Positions 1 through 10,637 of a stretch of 64,000 nt of DNA are shown one piece after another. Within the stretch, counting starts at the first letter, position 1; each line of letters starts with the position of its first letter. Made by a program: the position numbers and the translations under genes. The notes beneath the pieces were generated by a model that saw only the letters and a program-made list of their open reading frames with translations, had not been told where the DNA came from and searched no databases. Origin of the DNA: Bacteroidota bacterium (lineage in GTDB: Bacteria > Bacteroidota > Bacteroidia > Cytophagales > UBA9547); assembly GCA_033763735.1 (NCBI GenBank), contig JANRJY010000115.1, positions 26,612 to 90,611 on the forward strand, given 5' to 3'.

Positions 1-71
1 GGAATATTGTTGTGTGCAAAAAAAATGAATACCCTGATGTATTTACAATTACAAATGAAAACTGCTGCCAA

Positions 72-1856
72 TTAAGGTTTTCTAGCCCATTTAAAGTTAT
101 AATTCAAATAGGTGTGCCGTTCAAGTGACATACACGATAAGGGACGCATTAGCAGCGGATTTAAACCACTGAATCCTTGGTGCTTATATAGGAAACCATT
201 TGTTGGTTTATTAAACAAAAAAGACCGCTGTGGCACAAAGGTTGAATCTGCAATAATAAAATTGTCGTCCATGGGTTCACTCAAATAGTCGGGAGCAGCA
301 GTGCCATCTACTACCATTAAGTAGGGTCCATTGATGAGTGCTCCACGAACATTGGTAGGAAAATTATCAAGTGAGTAAGATTTCTTTTCAATAGTTACCA
401 ATTTTACTTTATGATTAAACAAAATTTGCACTACATCTTTACTTTTTAAATTTGAAGGCAAATAAATATATCCATCTGTTTCTACGGGAGTGCGTGTAAT
501 TCCATTGATAGTCAGAGAAGTACTTACTGCCCATGAAGGTTTTCTGATAGTTACTTTATTAGAATCCGCATTTTTTAAAATCGTCAATTGAAAATGGGTA
601 TTATTTGAAGGTATTTTATGCCATATACATTCAAAGGTGGCATCTTTGTATTCTTTATTGAGGAATAATTGTATTTGTATGGACTTGTCGATTTTGGTAA
701 TAATAGCATTTTGTGCCATTATTAATTGTTGTAATCCATGAAAGGTACAGCACCACCACGATTTTATTTCCTGATTTCCAAGTCTGAAACCTTTGTCGCC
801 ATCAAATGTGTGGTGTCCAAACTCTCCTGTTTCAAACTGATTGTAGAAAAAATGATTTAAAAGGCAATATTCTGCTTTTTCAAGGTACGAAATATCATTA
901 GTTGCTTGCCACAATTGGATGCTTAATGCAAAAAAATCGGCTTCTGAGCAACCTTCATCGTTTGGTCCATAGGGTGCAGGTTTGGGTCCAAATATTTCTG
1001 CTACCCCACCGGTAATAAGGTAATCATTGGAATTGACTAAACTATCATAGCGGATTTTGGCAAAAGTAAGGTTTGATGAATTTTTAAAATATAAGTAATT
1101 AAGTATTGCACCTCTCAATGTAAGCATGTAACCGTGCGAATGCTGATTGGCTCTCGGTTCCAGCACCTGTTGTACTTGCTCCGCCAGTTTTGCATATTTG
1201 ATGTTTCCGGTAAGTTTAGCGAGTCTTACAAGTCCCTCATTACATTGTGTAAAGCAAATAAATGAATAGGCAGGCAAACCTACAAGGCGCTTCCGTACTT
1301 CTTGTTTTGAACAATTTTCAATGATTTTCACAAGAAAATTGCCCAATTTAATAGCTGCATTCTTTGATTTTTCATCATTGTCGTAGGCTTCTGCATAATC
1401 AATTAAGGCAACTAACATACGTCCGTTACCCCACAACTGAGCCATTTGCCTTGAACCGATTGAGTCCACCTCGTACGATAAATTTGCATTTCCTATTCTG
1501 CCATCTTTGTTTTGAGATAAAATAATTTTGTTTAATACCGTATGCAAAAGTGAAGGTCTTAATTCCTTTGGGAGTGCACACATTGCTGAGATATATCTAC
1601 CTGAGATATCCCCATTAAATTCGTCAAACCTTCTGGGCTCATTTTTGTCGGGGAAGATGTCAGCCAAAATAAATTTCTCATCCATTTTGGGAGCTTTTCC
1701 ATACAATATTCTATTGGTCGCTAAAGTTATGCGGTGTTGAATTTCGTCCGAAGCGGATGGCTGTAGCTGACAAAAAGCATTTTGAATAAAAATTACTAAA
1801 GTAAAAAAACAACCCAAAATAGTTGCTGATACATACTTTGAAAAGGATTGAATCAT
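72..1856 (-). CDS. Secreted glycoside hydrolase, GH127/GH146 (beta-L-arabinofuranosidase)-like
   Basis: Signal peptide; EGC (NDEGCSEAD) and WCC (SWWCCTFHG) motifs resembling the Zn-Cys site of GH127; IRKPSW and GPYLM in the C-terminal beta-sandwich. Confidence 0.6.
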   Translation of the reverse strand: MIQSFSKYVSATILGCFFTLVIFIQNAFCQLQPSASDEIQHRITLATNRILYGKAPKMDEKFILADIFPDKNEPRRFDEFNGDISGRYISAMCALPKELRPSLLHTVLNKIILSQNKDGRIGNANLSYEVDSIGSRQMAQLWGNGRMLVALIDYAEAYDNDEKSKNAAIKLGNFLVKIIENCSKQEVRKRLVGLPAYSFICFTQCNEGLVRLAKLTGNIKYAKLAEQVQQVLEPRANQHSHGYMLTLRGAILNYLYFKNSSNLTFAKIRYDSLVNSNDYLITGGVAEIFGPKPAPYGPNDEGCSEADFFALSIQLWQATNDISYLEKAEYCLLNHFFYNQFETGEFGHHTFDGDKGFRLGNQEIKSWWCCTFHGLQQLIMAQNAIITKIDKSIQIQLFLNKEYKDATFECIWHKIPSNNTHFQLTILKNADSNKVTIRKPSWAVSTSLTINGITRTPVETDGYIYLPSNLKSKDVVQILFNHKVKLVTIEKKSYSLDNFPTNVRGALINGPYLMVVDGTAAPDYLSEPMDDNFIIADSTFVPQRSFLFNKPTNGFLYKHQGFSGLNPLLMRPLSCMSLERHTYLNYNFKWARKP

Positions 1857-2073
1857 TTTACCTGATTTAATTATTTTATTTCGGTTAAATATAACTTTTA
1901 CAAATTATTTTAAGGTTCAATATTATCCATTAATTCTTAAAAAGTATAGTGATTGATGGTAATGAGTATAATCAGATATCCACGATGATACCACAATAGA
2001 CGTGAAATTAAACATTTTTTTGGGTTGGTATTTTATAATTACGGTACTATATTCTTGCTCTGATGTATTTTTT

Positions 2074-2304
2074 TCTGCCGGTGTGCATGAGTTGCACAAA
2101 TATTTTACCACCCTTATCGTGCACAGCTTGCGTTGTTTTTTTCCATCCTTCCACTTGCGCTTGGCTGTATATGCCCTGTATTCTGGAGTACCCCAATCCA
2201 TTGGGCGATGATGAAGTACCTTCGGTAATAATAAGTCCCGCCTCGGCTCTTTGTGCATAATAGGTAGCCATTACATCGTTAGGAATGCTACCAATTGCGC
2301 GAGA
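2074..2304 (-). pseudogene. Fragment of an old-yellow-enzyme (NemA-like alkene reductase) gene
   Basis: YYAQRAEAGLIITEGT...GWKKTTQAVHDKGGKIFVQLMHTGR is typical OYE N-terminal sequence; only about 77 aa remain, similarity is lost on both sides. Confidence 0.8.
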
Positions 2305-2658
2305 AACATTGAAATTTTTCATTTTTGTTTTTTCACATGTTTCTAAATTTGTAACAAAAAACAATGAATTGATTCACACCTATTCATTTGTAAATAAATA
2401 AGACATTATATATTCATCTCCTACATTTGGAGAATTACAAAATAATTGCAAACCCACCCAAAACTTAATTAGTTTGCATTGAGAAAAAAGCTTCGTTCAA
2501 TTAATAAGTGCTGTTAAATAAATTGAAATAATTGAGATTGAAACCGTTCTAATACATTTGAAAAACCAAAATAAGAAAATATAAAATTAATAAAGAAATT
2601 AGACGCGGAGAGTAAATTTTGATTATTCACTATTTAATGGTCATAAAAATTTTAATTA

Positions 2659-3531
2659 ATGAAAAGCAATGAAGAAACCGCTATAATAACTACCTACTTT
2701 AGCATCGTAAGTAATACAGCATTGGCTTTGGTAAAAGGAATTTCAGGCTATTTTGGAAATTCGTATGCACTTATAGCAGATGCTATAGAATCAACTACTG
2801 ATATTTTTTCATCACTTTTAGTTCTATTTGGAATTAAATATGCCAACAAACCACCTGACAAAAACCACCCTTATGGTCACGGAAGAGCAGAGCCATTAGT
2901 TACTTTTATGGTAGTAGGTTTTTTGATAACTTCAGCTACTATTATTGCATATGAAAGCATTTTGAACATAGGTACGCCACACGAATTGCCCAAACCATTT
3001 ACTTTAATTATATTAGGTGCAATTATTGTTTGGAAAGAAATCTCATACCGAATTGTAATTCACAAGAGCAATCAAACCAAAAGTTCTTCACTAAAGGCAG
3101 ATGCCTGGCACCATAGAAGCGATGCCATTACTTCAATAGCTGCATTTATTGGCATTTCAGTGGCTTTATTTTTTGGAAAAGGATATGAATCAGCCGATGA
3201 TTGGGCGGCACTATTCGCATCCGGTTTTATATTTTACAATAGCTACTTGATATTCCGACCTGCATTAGGCGAAGTTATGGATGAGCACGTATACGCTGAT
3301 CTGGAAAATGAAATTAGAGAAATTTCTAAAAATGTTCCAGGTATTAAAGATACTGAAAAATGCTTTATTCGTAAATCAGGTATGAAGTATCACGTGGACC
3401 TACATGCGCAAGTTGAAGCAAATATAAGCGTAAAAGATGGTCATGAAATTGCGCATCATTTAAAAAATATATTAAGAAGCACGATTCCATCATTAGGCCA
3501 TGTGCTTATACACATAGAGCCATTTCAGTAA
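2659..3531 (+). CDS. Cation diffusion facilitator (CDF) family metal transporter
   Basis: SYALIADAIES, HPYGHGRAE and ADAWHHRSD motifs; C-terminal dimerisation domain (VDLH...IHIEP). Confidence 0.93.
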   Translation: MKSNEETAIITTYFSIVSNTALALVKGISGYFGNSYALIADAIESTTDIFSSLLVLFGIKYANKPPDKNHPYGHGRAEPLVTFMVVGFLITSATIIAYESILNIGTPHELPKPFTLIILGAIIVWKEISYRIVIHKSNQTKSSSLKADAWHHRSDAITSIAAFIGISVALFFGKGYESADDWAALFASGFIFYNSYLIFRPALGEVMDEHVYADLENEIREISKNVPGIKDTEKCFIRKSGMKYHVDLHAQVEANISVKDGHEIAHHLKNILRSTIPSLGHVLIHIEPFQ

Positions 3532-3909
3532 TTATTCTTTCCCGTTATTCAAATCAGCTTCTATTGCATGTAAAAAAACGCGATCTATAGATTCTTCTTT
3601 AGTAGGCAAAATATTAAGCACTTTATCAAGTTGTGCAATTGTAATGAGTTTTTTTACAGAATCGCTTAAACCGTAAATAACAAAAATACCACCTTCACCT
3701 TCACAAACTCTGTTGGCAAATAGTATGGAACTCAAACCAGAAGAATCCACATATTTCACCTCTGTAAGATCGAGAATCATGTTTTTAACACCTTCAGCAT
3801 TTAGGTTTGTAAGTTCCGTTTTCAAAACTGGTGTTTTTAGTGCATCCAATTTATCAACGTGAACTTGAATGAGTGTGTATTGTTCGGTTTTATCTAATGT
3901 AAATTTCAT
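3532..3909 (-). CDS. STAS-domain anti-sigma factor antagonist
   Basis: ILDLTEVKYVDSSGLSSI motif containing the phosphorylatable Ser. Confidence 0.9.
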   Translation of the reverse strand: MKFTLDKTEQYTLIQVHVDKLDALKTPVLKTELTNLNAEGVKNMILDLTEVKYVDSSGLSSILFANRVCEGEGGIFVIYGLSDSVKKLITIAQLDKVLNILPTKEESIDRVFLHAIEADLNNGKE

Positions 3910-3931
3910 ATTCCAAAATTACTAAATAATC

Positions 3932-4867
3932 TTAATTTAATGCTAAAAGTATATTATTTTCTATTCTTTTTTCAATATTTAAGTAGATATCTTTCACAAA
4001 ATTTTCACCCGTAAGTTTTTCGTAAAGCTCTATATATCTTTCAGTTACATTTTCAATAAATTGATCCGGCATTATTGGCACCGTTTGGCCTTCTTTTCCC
4101 ATGAAATTATGATCAATTAACCATTGACGCACAAATTCTTTAGACAATTGTTTTTGTGCTTCTCCTGTTTTTTGGCGTTCTTCGTAACCTTCTTTATGAA
4201 AATATCGGGATGAATCCGGAGTGTGAATTTCATCAATCAAATAAATAACGCCATCCTTCTTGCCGAACTCATATTTAGTATCCACCAATATCAGTCCTTG
4301 TTTGGAAGCTATTTCTTGACCCCTTTTGTATAATGCCAATGTAAGTCGTTCCAATTCAGTATAGTCTTTCTCCGATACGATTCCTTTTTTAAGTATTTGC
4401 TCTTTGGAAATATCTTCATCATGTCCTTCCGAGGCCTTTGTTGTAGGTGTGATAATTGGAGTAGGGAAAGCATCGCTTTCTTTCAATCCATCCGTCATTG
4501 GCACACCACAAAGTTCACGTTTGCCTTCTTTATATTGCCTCCATGCATGTCCTGACAAATATCCGCGTACCACCATTTCTACTTTAAATGGTTCACAATT
4601 ATAACCAATAGCCACATTAGGGTCTGGGGAACTGATGAGCCAATTTGGACATATATCTTTTGTTTTTTCCAACATTTGCACGGCCAATTGATTCAAGACT
4701 TGACCTTTGTATGGAATAGGTTTTGGCATTACTACATCAAATGCTGATATGCGATCTGAAGCAACTATAATGAGCTTATCTCCAACCGAATACACATCAC
4801 GTACTTTACCACGATAAAAATTCGTTTGTCCCGGCAAACGAAAATTGGTTTCTTTGAGTCCTGTCAA
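3932..4867 (-). CDS. purC: SAICAR synthetase
   Basis: [26 protein letters not shown] and [10 protein letters not shown] motifs. Confidence 0.97.
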   Translation of the reverse strand: MTGLKETNFRLPGQTNFYRGKVRDVYSVGDKLIIVASDRISAFDVVMPKPIPYKGQVLNQLAVQMLEKTKDICPNWLISSPDPNVAIGYNCEPFKVEMVVRGYLSGHAWRQYKEGKRELCGVPMTDGLKESDAFPTPIITPTTKASEGHDEDISKEQILKKGIVSEKDYTELERLTLALYKRGQEIASKQGLILVDTKYEFGKKDGVIYLIDEIHTPDSSRYFHKEGYEERQKTGEAQKQLSKEFVRQWLIDHNFMGKEGQTVPIMPDQFIENVTERYIELYEKLTGENFVKDIYLNIEKRIENNILLALN

Positions 4868-4871
4868 TCGC

Positions 4872-5492
4872 TTATTTCTTGTTAATTTTTCTTAATTCTA
4901 ACACATCAATTTTATCCTTTTCTCTGGTTGTAGCGTTTTTATTGTCTATCAAATCTTCATAAGAAATAAAATTCAGTTCTACATTTTTATATTTTGATTT
5001 CTGTGCATTTTTCAAACTAAAATCAAAACTTTTTAATCCATCAATCTCTGTTTGAATTTCAATTCTATAAAATCCTTTACTTAAGGTTAATATTCCATCA
5101 ATGGTTCCGGTTTTCTGCATAAAATCCACATTACCTCGTATATTAATTTTCATTGACTCAATTGATTTTACAAGATTTTGAAGATTATCCCATCCTGGTT
5201 TTACCCAAATATCAAAATCACCTGTATTTCTGACATATCCATAATAATTGACAGCGTAACCTCCGATAATCAAATGTGCTACTTTATATTCAGTTAATTT
5301 TTCAATAAAATCAAAATAAAAATTCTCTTCTGAAGGATTCATAACTCTTGCATTTTTTGAAAAATAAAAGCTGTTTTTTTGAATAAAAGTTAAATAATCC
5401 AGCCTCTCTATTGCTGAAAGATTTCTGTTAAAATCAAGGATTTGCAACTCTGATTCCTGACGGGTAATATTTGAGGCAATAATCATTTTCAA
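4872..5492 (-). CDS. Nucleotidyltransferase-like protein (AbiEii/DUF6036-like) with N-terminal extension
   Basis: [21 protein letters not shown] and NK...REKDKID motifs; alternative internal start at 5342. Confidence 0.7.
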   Translation of the reverse strand: MKMIIASNITRQESELQILDFNRNLSAIERLDYLTFIQKNSFYFSKNARVMNPSEENFYFDFIEKLTEYKVAHLIIGGYAVNYYGYVRNTGDFDIWVKPGWDNLQNLVKSIESMKINIRGNVDFMQKTGTIDGILTLSKGFYRIEIQTEIDGLKSFDFSLKNAQKSKYKNVELNFISYEDLIDNKNATTREKDKIDVLELRKINKK

Positions 5493-5520
5493 ATTTACTA
5501 TAAATTAAAAAATTAGCCAA

Positions 5521-7059
5521 CTATTTCCTTTTAGGTTTACTTGGTGTGTACTGATATAGTTTTTTTTCTGTTTCTGCACTTTTTTTCTCTTTCACAGTCA
5601 GTTGTTTTTTCTGAAGGGTTTGATTGGTATTTTGACTTGGGTCGTATGGAATAATTTCAGCTGGTTTTACTGTTTTGTTTTTAACCGGATCTACTTTTTG
5701 TGCCCTGAGTACTTTATCTGCTCTTAATGTTTCTATTCTGATCAATCTGCCTTTTTCATCATAATAATTCCATGGACCGGTTTTATGTCCCAACACCAAG
5801 TTTCCTTCTGACTCAAGTTTACCATTCGGATGATAATTACGACATAGTCCGGAAAGGTCATTATTGCGATATATTTTTTCTGCAATCAGATTTCCGGATT
5901 TGGAATAAAAAGTACTCAATCCATTCCGATTGCCATTTGCCCATGTTTGCGATTCAATTTTATTGCCTTCTTTATCAAAAAGCAAACGAATACCATTCAA
6001 TTTACTGTCAGCATAATTTTCATGAACGGAATCAATCCCTGCTGTATTATAATATTTCCATAAACCCATTTTATAAGGCCCTTTGAATAATTGAATACTA
6101 TATAATTTTCCGGTTGGGTAATACAATTTCTTTTGTTCGGTTTGCAATAAGTTATCCACTTCGTTTTCTTCCATTTTGTTTCCATTCAAGTAGTACAAAG
6201 TGTAATTACCTGTTTTTGTGCCTTTCAAGTAGTTGAATTCCCCTTTCTTTTCACCGGTTTCGTAGTAGGAAATGGCCTTGCCATCTAATTCGCCAATGTT
6301 ATAATTTGCTTCCAAAGCAAGTTTGCCCGATTCAAAATACGTTTTACAAATTCCATTTCGGACTCCATTTTTATTTTGACCTTCGCTTTCAAGTGTTTGA
6401 GTTTTAAAATAGGTTTTAAAAGGGCCATCCAGTTTACCATCAGCAAAGGTTTCCAATGAGCTTAACCCAATTACATCTTCATAATAATTCAGTACAGTGC
6501 CGTTAGGTTTGTTATTTGCATAATCTGCATCTTGTTTTAATACTCCTGATTCAAAATATGTATAAAGTTTCCCATTAATTTTATCGCTTTTGAACATGCC
6601 TTTGTTTCGCAATTTCCCCGATTGATAGTAGGAATAAAGGGTATCGGATATGGAATCATTTTTGAAGATACCTTTTTGGTAAATGGTTCCGGTAAAAGAA
6701 TATATCTCAAATGGTCCTTCTTTCCTTCCTTTTATGTAATTGATTTTGCTTTTGACAACACCATTTTCCCAATATTCAGTGAATGTGCTATCTCTTTTTC
6801 CTTTAACATATTTGCCAACAAACTCAAAATCGCCTTTCGGATAAAATCGCGCATAGTGGCCATTGAGAACCTTGTCTTTTTTGTTATTGACCTGGTATAT
6901 TTCTTTGATCAAATACTTCTCTTTGTCATAATATGTTTTAATAAGTACCTGCCCAAAGGAAGAATGGGTAACAAAAACATACATTATTATCAAAGAATAA
7001 AAAAACCTAGAAAGTATCCATTTCATGGGCATAAACGGATAAACGGTTTCTCGTAACAC
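5521..7059 (-). CDS. MORN-variant (YwqK-like) repeat protein
   Basis: Many YYxxGxL...G.Y.NG..xG repeats; N-terminal hydrophobic segment. Confidence 0.85.
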   Translation of the reverse strand: MLRETVYPFMPMKWILSRFFYSLIIMYVFVTHSSFGQVLIKTYYDKEKYLIKEIYQVNNKKDKVLNGHYARFYPKGDFEFVGKYVKGKRDSTFTEYWENGVVKSKINYIKGRKEGPFEIYSFTGTIYQKGIFKNDSISDTLYSYYQSGKLRNKGMFKSDKINGKLYTYFESGVLKQDADYANNKPNGTVLNYYEDVIGLSSLETFADGKLDGPFKTYFKTQTLESEGQNKNGVRNGICKTYFESGKLALEANYNIGELDGKAISYYETGEKKGEFNYLKGTKTGNYTLYYLNGNKMEENEVDNLLQTEQKKLYYPTGKLYSIQLFKGPYKMGLWKYYNTAGIDSVHENYADSKLNGIRLLFDKEGNKIESQTWANGNRNGLSTFYSKSGNLIAEKIYRNNDLSGLCRNYHPNGKLESEGNLVLGHKTGPWNYYDEKGRLIRIETLRADKVLRAQKVDPVKNKTVKPAEIIPYDPSQNTNQTLQKKQLTVKEKKSAETEKKLYQYTPSKPKRK

Positions 7060-7066
7060 TTATTGC

Positions 7067-8050
7067 TTATGCTTTGTAAAGCACTTGTTTTACCGCTTTA
7101 ACTACTTTTGGAGGTGTAGGCAGTATTTCATCGATGAGCGTAGGTGCATATGGCAAAGGAAGATCTTTGCAGGTAACTCTAATTACCGGGGCATCCAAAT
7201 AATCAAATGCATATCGTTGTAGGTGATAAGTGATTTCGGTAGCAATGCAACCCAAAGGCCAAGCTTCTTCCACAACAACACATCTGTTGGTTTTCTTTAC
7301 GGAATCTACTACCGTTTGATAGTCAATTGGTCTAATTGTGCGTAAATCAATTAATTCGACACTGATTCCATCTTTTTCCAATTCTTCGATAGCAGGAAGT
7401 ACCACTCTTGATATCATTTTGCCAAAACTCACTATGGTTACATCTGAGCCTTCTTTAATGATATTTGCTTTACCAATTGGCAAAGTGTATTCGCCATCAG
7501 GAACCATGCCTTTGTCGCCATACATTACTTCCGACTCCATAAAAATCACAGGATCATTGTCTCTAATGGAGGTTTTTAAAAGTCCTTTTGCATCCGCAGG
7601 TGTTGCTGGCACTACCACTTTAAGTCCTGGAGTATTGGCAAACCAATTGTCGAAAGCTTGTGAATGTTGAGAGCTTAACATACCTGCATTTCCGGTTGGT
7701 CCACGAAATACTATAGGAACATTATATTGCCCACCAGTCATGGACATCATTTTAGCAGCACTGTTAATAACCTGATCAATAGCTACTAACGAAAAATTAA
7801 AAGTCATAAATTCAATGATTGGTCGTAAGCCATTCATTGCTGCACCTACACCTATTCCAGCGAATCCTAATTCCGCTATCGGGGTATCAATCACTCTTGA
7901 AGGACCAAATTCATCCAACATACCTTGACTTACTTTATAAGCACCATTATACTCTGCTACTTCTTCTCCCATCAAAAAAATAGATTTATCCAATCTCATT
8001 TCTTCATTCATTGCTTCTCTTAGGGCTTCTCTGAATTGTAATTCTCTCAT
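7067..8050 (-). CDS. pdhB: Pyruvate dehydrogenase E1 beta subunit
   Basis: MGEEVAEYNGAYKVSQG, DTPIAELGFAG and EFMTFNF motifs. Confidence 0.96.
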   Translation of the reverse strand: MRELQFREALREAMNEEMRLDKSIFLMGEEVAEYNGAYKVSQGMLDEFGPSRVIDTPIAELGFAGIGVGAAMNGLRPIIEFMTFNFSLVAIDQVINSAAKMMSMTGGQYNVPIVFRGPTGNAGMLSSQHSQAFDNWFANTPGLKVVVPATPADAKGLLKTSIRDNDPVIFMESEVMYGDKGMVPDGEYTLPIGKANIIKEGSDVTIVSFGKMISRVVLPAIEELEKDGISVELIDLRTIRPIDYQTVVDSVKKTNRCVVVEEAWPLGCIATEITYHLQRYAFDYLDAPVIRVTCKDLPLPYAPTLIDEILPTPPKVVKAVKQVLYKA

Positions 8051-8193
8051 TATGATGGTATTAAATAAGTAATTATTGGTACTGTACTCGCAAAATTATA
8101 TATACTTGATTGAAAATAAAAGTATTTATTCAAAATGGCCTGTCAATTTTAACTATTATTTGTATTAAATCAAATGAACCTTAATTTTGTGAC

Positions 8194-9051
8194 ATGTATC
8201 CAGACTATGTAACTGACGCCCGATTGCGAAAAGCCATCAAAGATGCACTCGCAGAAGATATAGGGCCAGGCGATTATACTTCCTTATCTTCAGTGCCATC
8301 AAATGCAGTCCGATCAGCAAAGTTATTATTCAAAGAAGAAGGAATAGCGGCAGGTTTGGAACTTGCGGGCTTCATTTTTAAACAAGTTGACAAAACCCTA
8401 AAAGTAGAATTTCACAAAATTGATGGAGATGAAGTAAAGAAAGGTGATGTAGGATTCATAGTAACAGGACCGGCTCAATCTATTTTAAGAGCAGAACGAT
8501 TGGTGTTGAATTGCATGCAACGTATGTGTGGTATTGCAACTCTTACTCGCGAATATGTACGCCAAATTAGCCATACAAGGGCCAAGTTGCTCGATACAAG
8601 GAAAACTACCCCAAATTTCAGAATATTTGAAAAATGGGCAGTGCGCATAGGTGGCGGACAAAATCATCGGTTTGGATTATATGACATGATCCTTTTGAAA
8701 GACAATCATATTGACTATGCCGGTGGCGTAAGAAAAGCTATTTTAAATACAGTCAAATATCTTCATGACAATCATTTAGACTTAAAAATTGAAATTGAAG
8801 TCCGTAACCTGGAGGAGCTAAAACAAGTGATAGATACCGGAAAGGTCAATCGAATACTGTTGGACAATATGTTGTTATCCGTAATGGCTGAAGCAATAAA
8901 AATGGTAAACCGCCAATATGAAACAGAAGCATCGGGCGGTGTAAATATTAACACGATAAAATCAATTGCCGAAACAGGAGTTGATTTTATTTCTGTTGGC
9001 AAAATAACCCACTCCTTTAAGAGTATGGATATTAGCCTGAAGGCAGTTTAG
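8194..9051 (+). CDS. nadC: Quinolinate phosphoribosyltransferase
   Basis: DTRKTTP, NHRFGLYDMILLKDNH and EASGG motifs. Confidence 0.97.
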   Translation: MYPDYVTDARLRKAIKDALAEDIGPGDYTSLSSVPSNAVRSAKLLFKEEGIAAGLELAGFIFKQVDKTLKVEFHKIDGDEVKKGDVGFIVTGPAQSILRAERLVLNCMQRMCGIATLTREYVRQISHTRAKLLDTRKTTPNFRIFEKWAVRIGGGQNHRFGLYDMILLKDNHIDYAGGVRKAILNTVKYLHDNHLDLKIEIEVRNLEELKQVIDTGKVNRILLDNMLLSVMAEAIKMVNRQYETEASGGVNINTIKSIAETGVDFISVGKITHSFKSMDISLKAV

Positions 9052-9656
9052 TTTGAACTTATTAGTTCCAATGGAATTTCACATGCTGCCATAAATCCTT
9101 TAGAAGGATAGGTTTGGATACGAAGCAATTCCCCGTTGATATGATCATCCAAACTTTCATTAACAGATTCAAATAACTGTTTTTCTTGATTATAAGATGT
9201 TTGAGGAGGATAATTAATTATTTGAATATCCGGATAATACATTTTAAAAGTATAGCAAACTCTTAGCTGCCGGTAAGCATTGGCGACTAATATTACTTTT
9301 TTGAAATCCTTGCCAAAGGATAATGGAGGTTTTATATTGTTTAATACCTCTTTTGTATTTCGTATATTTTCACCTGTATTAGTTGAATCCGTCTCTAAAA
9401 TTAATTTTTCAATAGGAAAACCAGGTATTTTTTGTAAAAGTTTATCTTTAAAAAACAAAGCCTCCGGTTGGGATATACCCGTGCTGCCTGCACCAACTCC
9501 TCCGGTAAATATAATATAGGTAGCAAATCCTTTTTGAAATAACTCTGCACAAGTTTGAGGAATTTTTGGGTCAAAATGTCCAAAACCAATAATAACGTCT
9601 GCCAATTGTAATTCGTCTCTGACGCATAAAAAATCGAATTGCTTACTTTTTATCAT
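9048..9656 (-). CDS. YdcF/DUF218 family protein
   Basis: FTGGVG, EA..F and ETDSTNTGEN motifs. Confidence 0.85.
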   Translation of the reverse strand: MIKSKQFDFLCVRDELQLADVIIGFGHFDPKIPQTCAELFQKGFATYIIFTGGVGAGSTGISQPEALFFKDKLLQKIPGFPIEKLILETDSTNTGENIRNTKEVLNNIKPPLSFGKDFKKVILVANAYRQLRVCYTFKMYYPDIQIINYPPQTSYNQEKQLFESVNESLDDHINGELLRIQTYPSKGFMAACEIPLELISSN

Positions 9657-10593
9657 TCTTCATCAAAGTCTGAAATTCCTCCCATGCTTCATTGATTTCC
9701 TCAATTGAATAATCCATATTTTCTTCTATTGAAAGATTTATTTTTTTGGTAATTTCATCCAATTCAACCACAGAGCTTTTGTATGATTCAAGGATAATAC
9801 TCGCATTTTCTACATCTTTTTCCATTTCTGAAAATTGGTGAATTCCAAGCAACCGGGCAATGGGTGCTCTGAGTAAGTGAGAGTTCATATAAAGTAGTGC
9901 TGATATTTGCTTGTTTCTTGATTTTAATTGCGCTGTACGTTCATTGACTTTAATTTCAAGTTGCTCGTTGATGGTTGAAATTTCATGGTTTTTCTCTTCC
10001 AGTTCAAAGTACTGCGAACTAATTTGCAAATTCAGCTCATCTAATTCTTTGTAGTTTTTTTCAAGCAATTCTGATTTTAGTTCAAATTCTCGTTTGACAA
10101 TGTCAGTAACAATTAATCCTGTAAATATTCTACATAAAAATGTCAAAAATTGAATGTAGGAAGGATCGTTGGTACGGGAATTTAAAATCCATTCCGGATG
10201 GGTGAATTGAACCACAAAAAGGAACCCAATAATTGTAAAAAATAAACCCAAAAGCACCCCTCTGACATTTCCGGAATAAAACATTACAATCATAATTGCC
10301 AGACTATAAAAATCAAGAATGGCTATTTGTGAAAGTCCACCAATTAAGAAGAATGCAAGTAAAACCGCCTGATAGCTAAAAAAAACTACAATATTCTTAA
10401 TTATGTTAGGGTTAGCACCTCTTATATGGAATATAAAAATGGTGAGGTAAATTGACAATGTTACAAATTCTGATAAATAGCTTTGAGAATTGCCGACACT
10501 GATATCGTACAATAAATAAATGAGAATATTAATTAAACTAATGATTAATAAACGTGTTAAAAGTAACCTAACTAACTTTTCTTTATAGTTCAT
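9643..10593 (-). CDS. Membrane sensor with coiled coil and HisKA-like dimerisation segment, no ATPase domain
   Basis: About 6 TM segments, coiled coil LEIKVNERTAQL, H-box-like SHLLRAPIARLLG; ends without N/G boxes. Confidence 0.65.
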   Translation of the reverse strand: MNYKEKLVRLLLTRLLIISLINILIYLLYDISVGNSQSYLSEFVTLSIYLTIFIFHIRGANPNIIKNIVVFFSYQAVLLAFFLIGGLSQIAILDFYSLAIMIVMFYSGNVRGVLLGLFFTIIGFLFVVQFTHPEWILNSRTNDPSYIQFLTFLCRIFTGLIVTDIVKREFELKSELLEKNYKELDELNLQISSQYFELEEKNHEISTINEQLEIKVNERTAQLKSRNKQISALLYMNSHLLRAPIARLLGIHQFSEMEKDVENASIILESYKSSVVELDEITKKINLSIEENMDYSIEEINEAWEEFQTLMKNDKK

Positions 10594-10637
10594 TCAACAA
10601 AGTATAAAAAATATGTGTTTTAGTAAATTAACTAAAA

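Noticed and set aside
3532..3909. Direct functional link between this STAS protein and the SpoIIE sensor at 56592
   Set aside because: They are more than 50 kb apart and such genomes usually encode many of each; the sequence gives no evidence of pairing.
6622..7056. 144-aa antisense ORF and the many similar short ORFs opposite or inside long genes
   Set aside because: Shadow frames of well-supported genes with no independent motifs.
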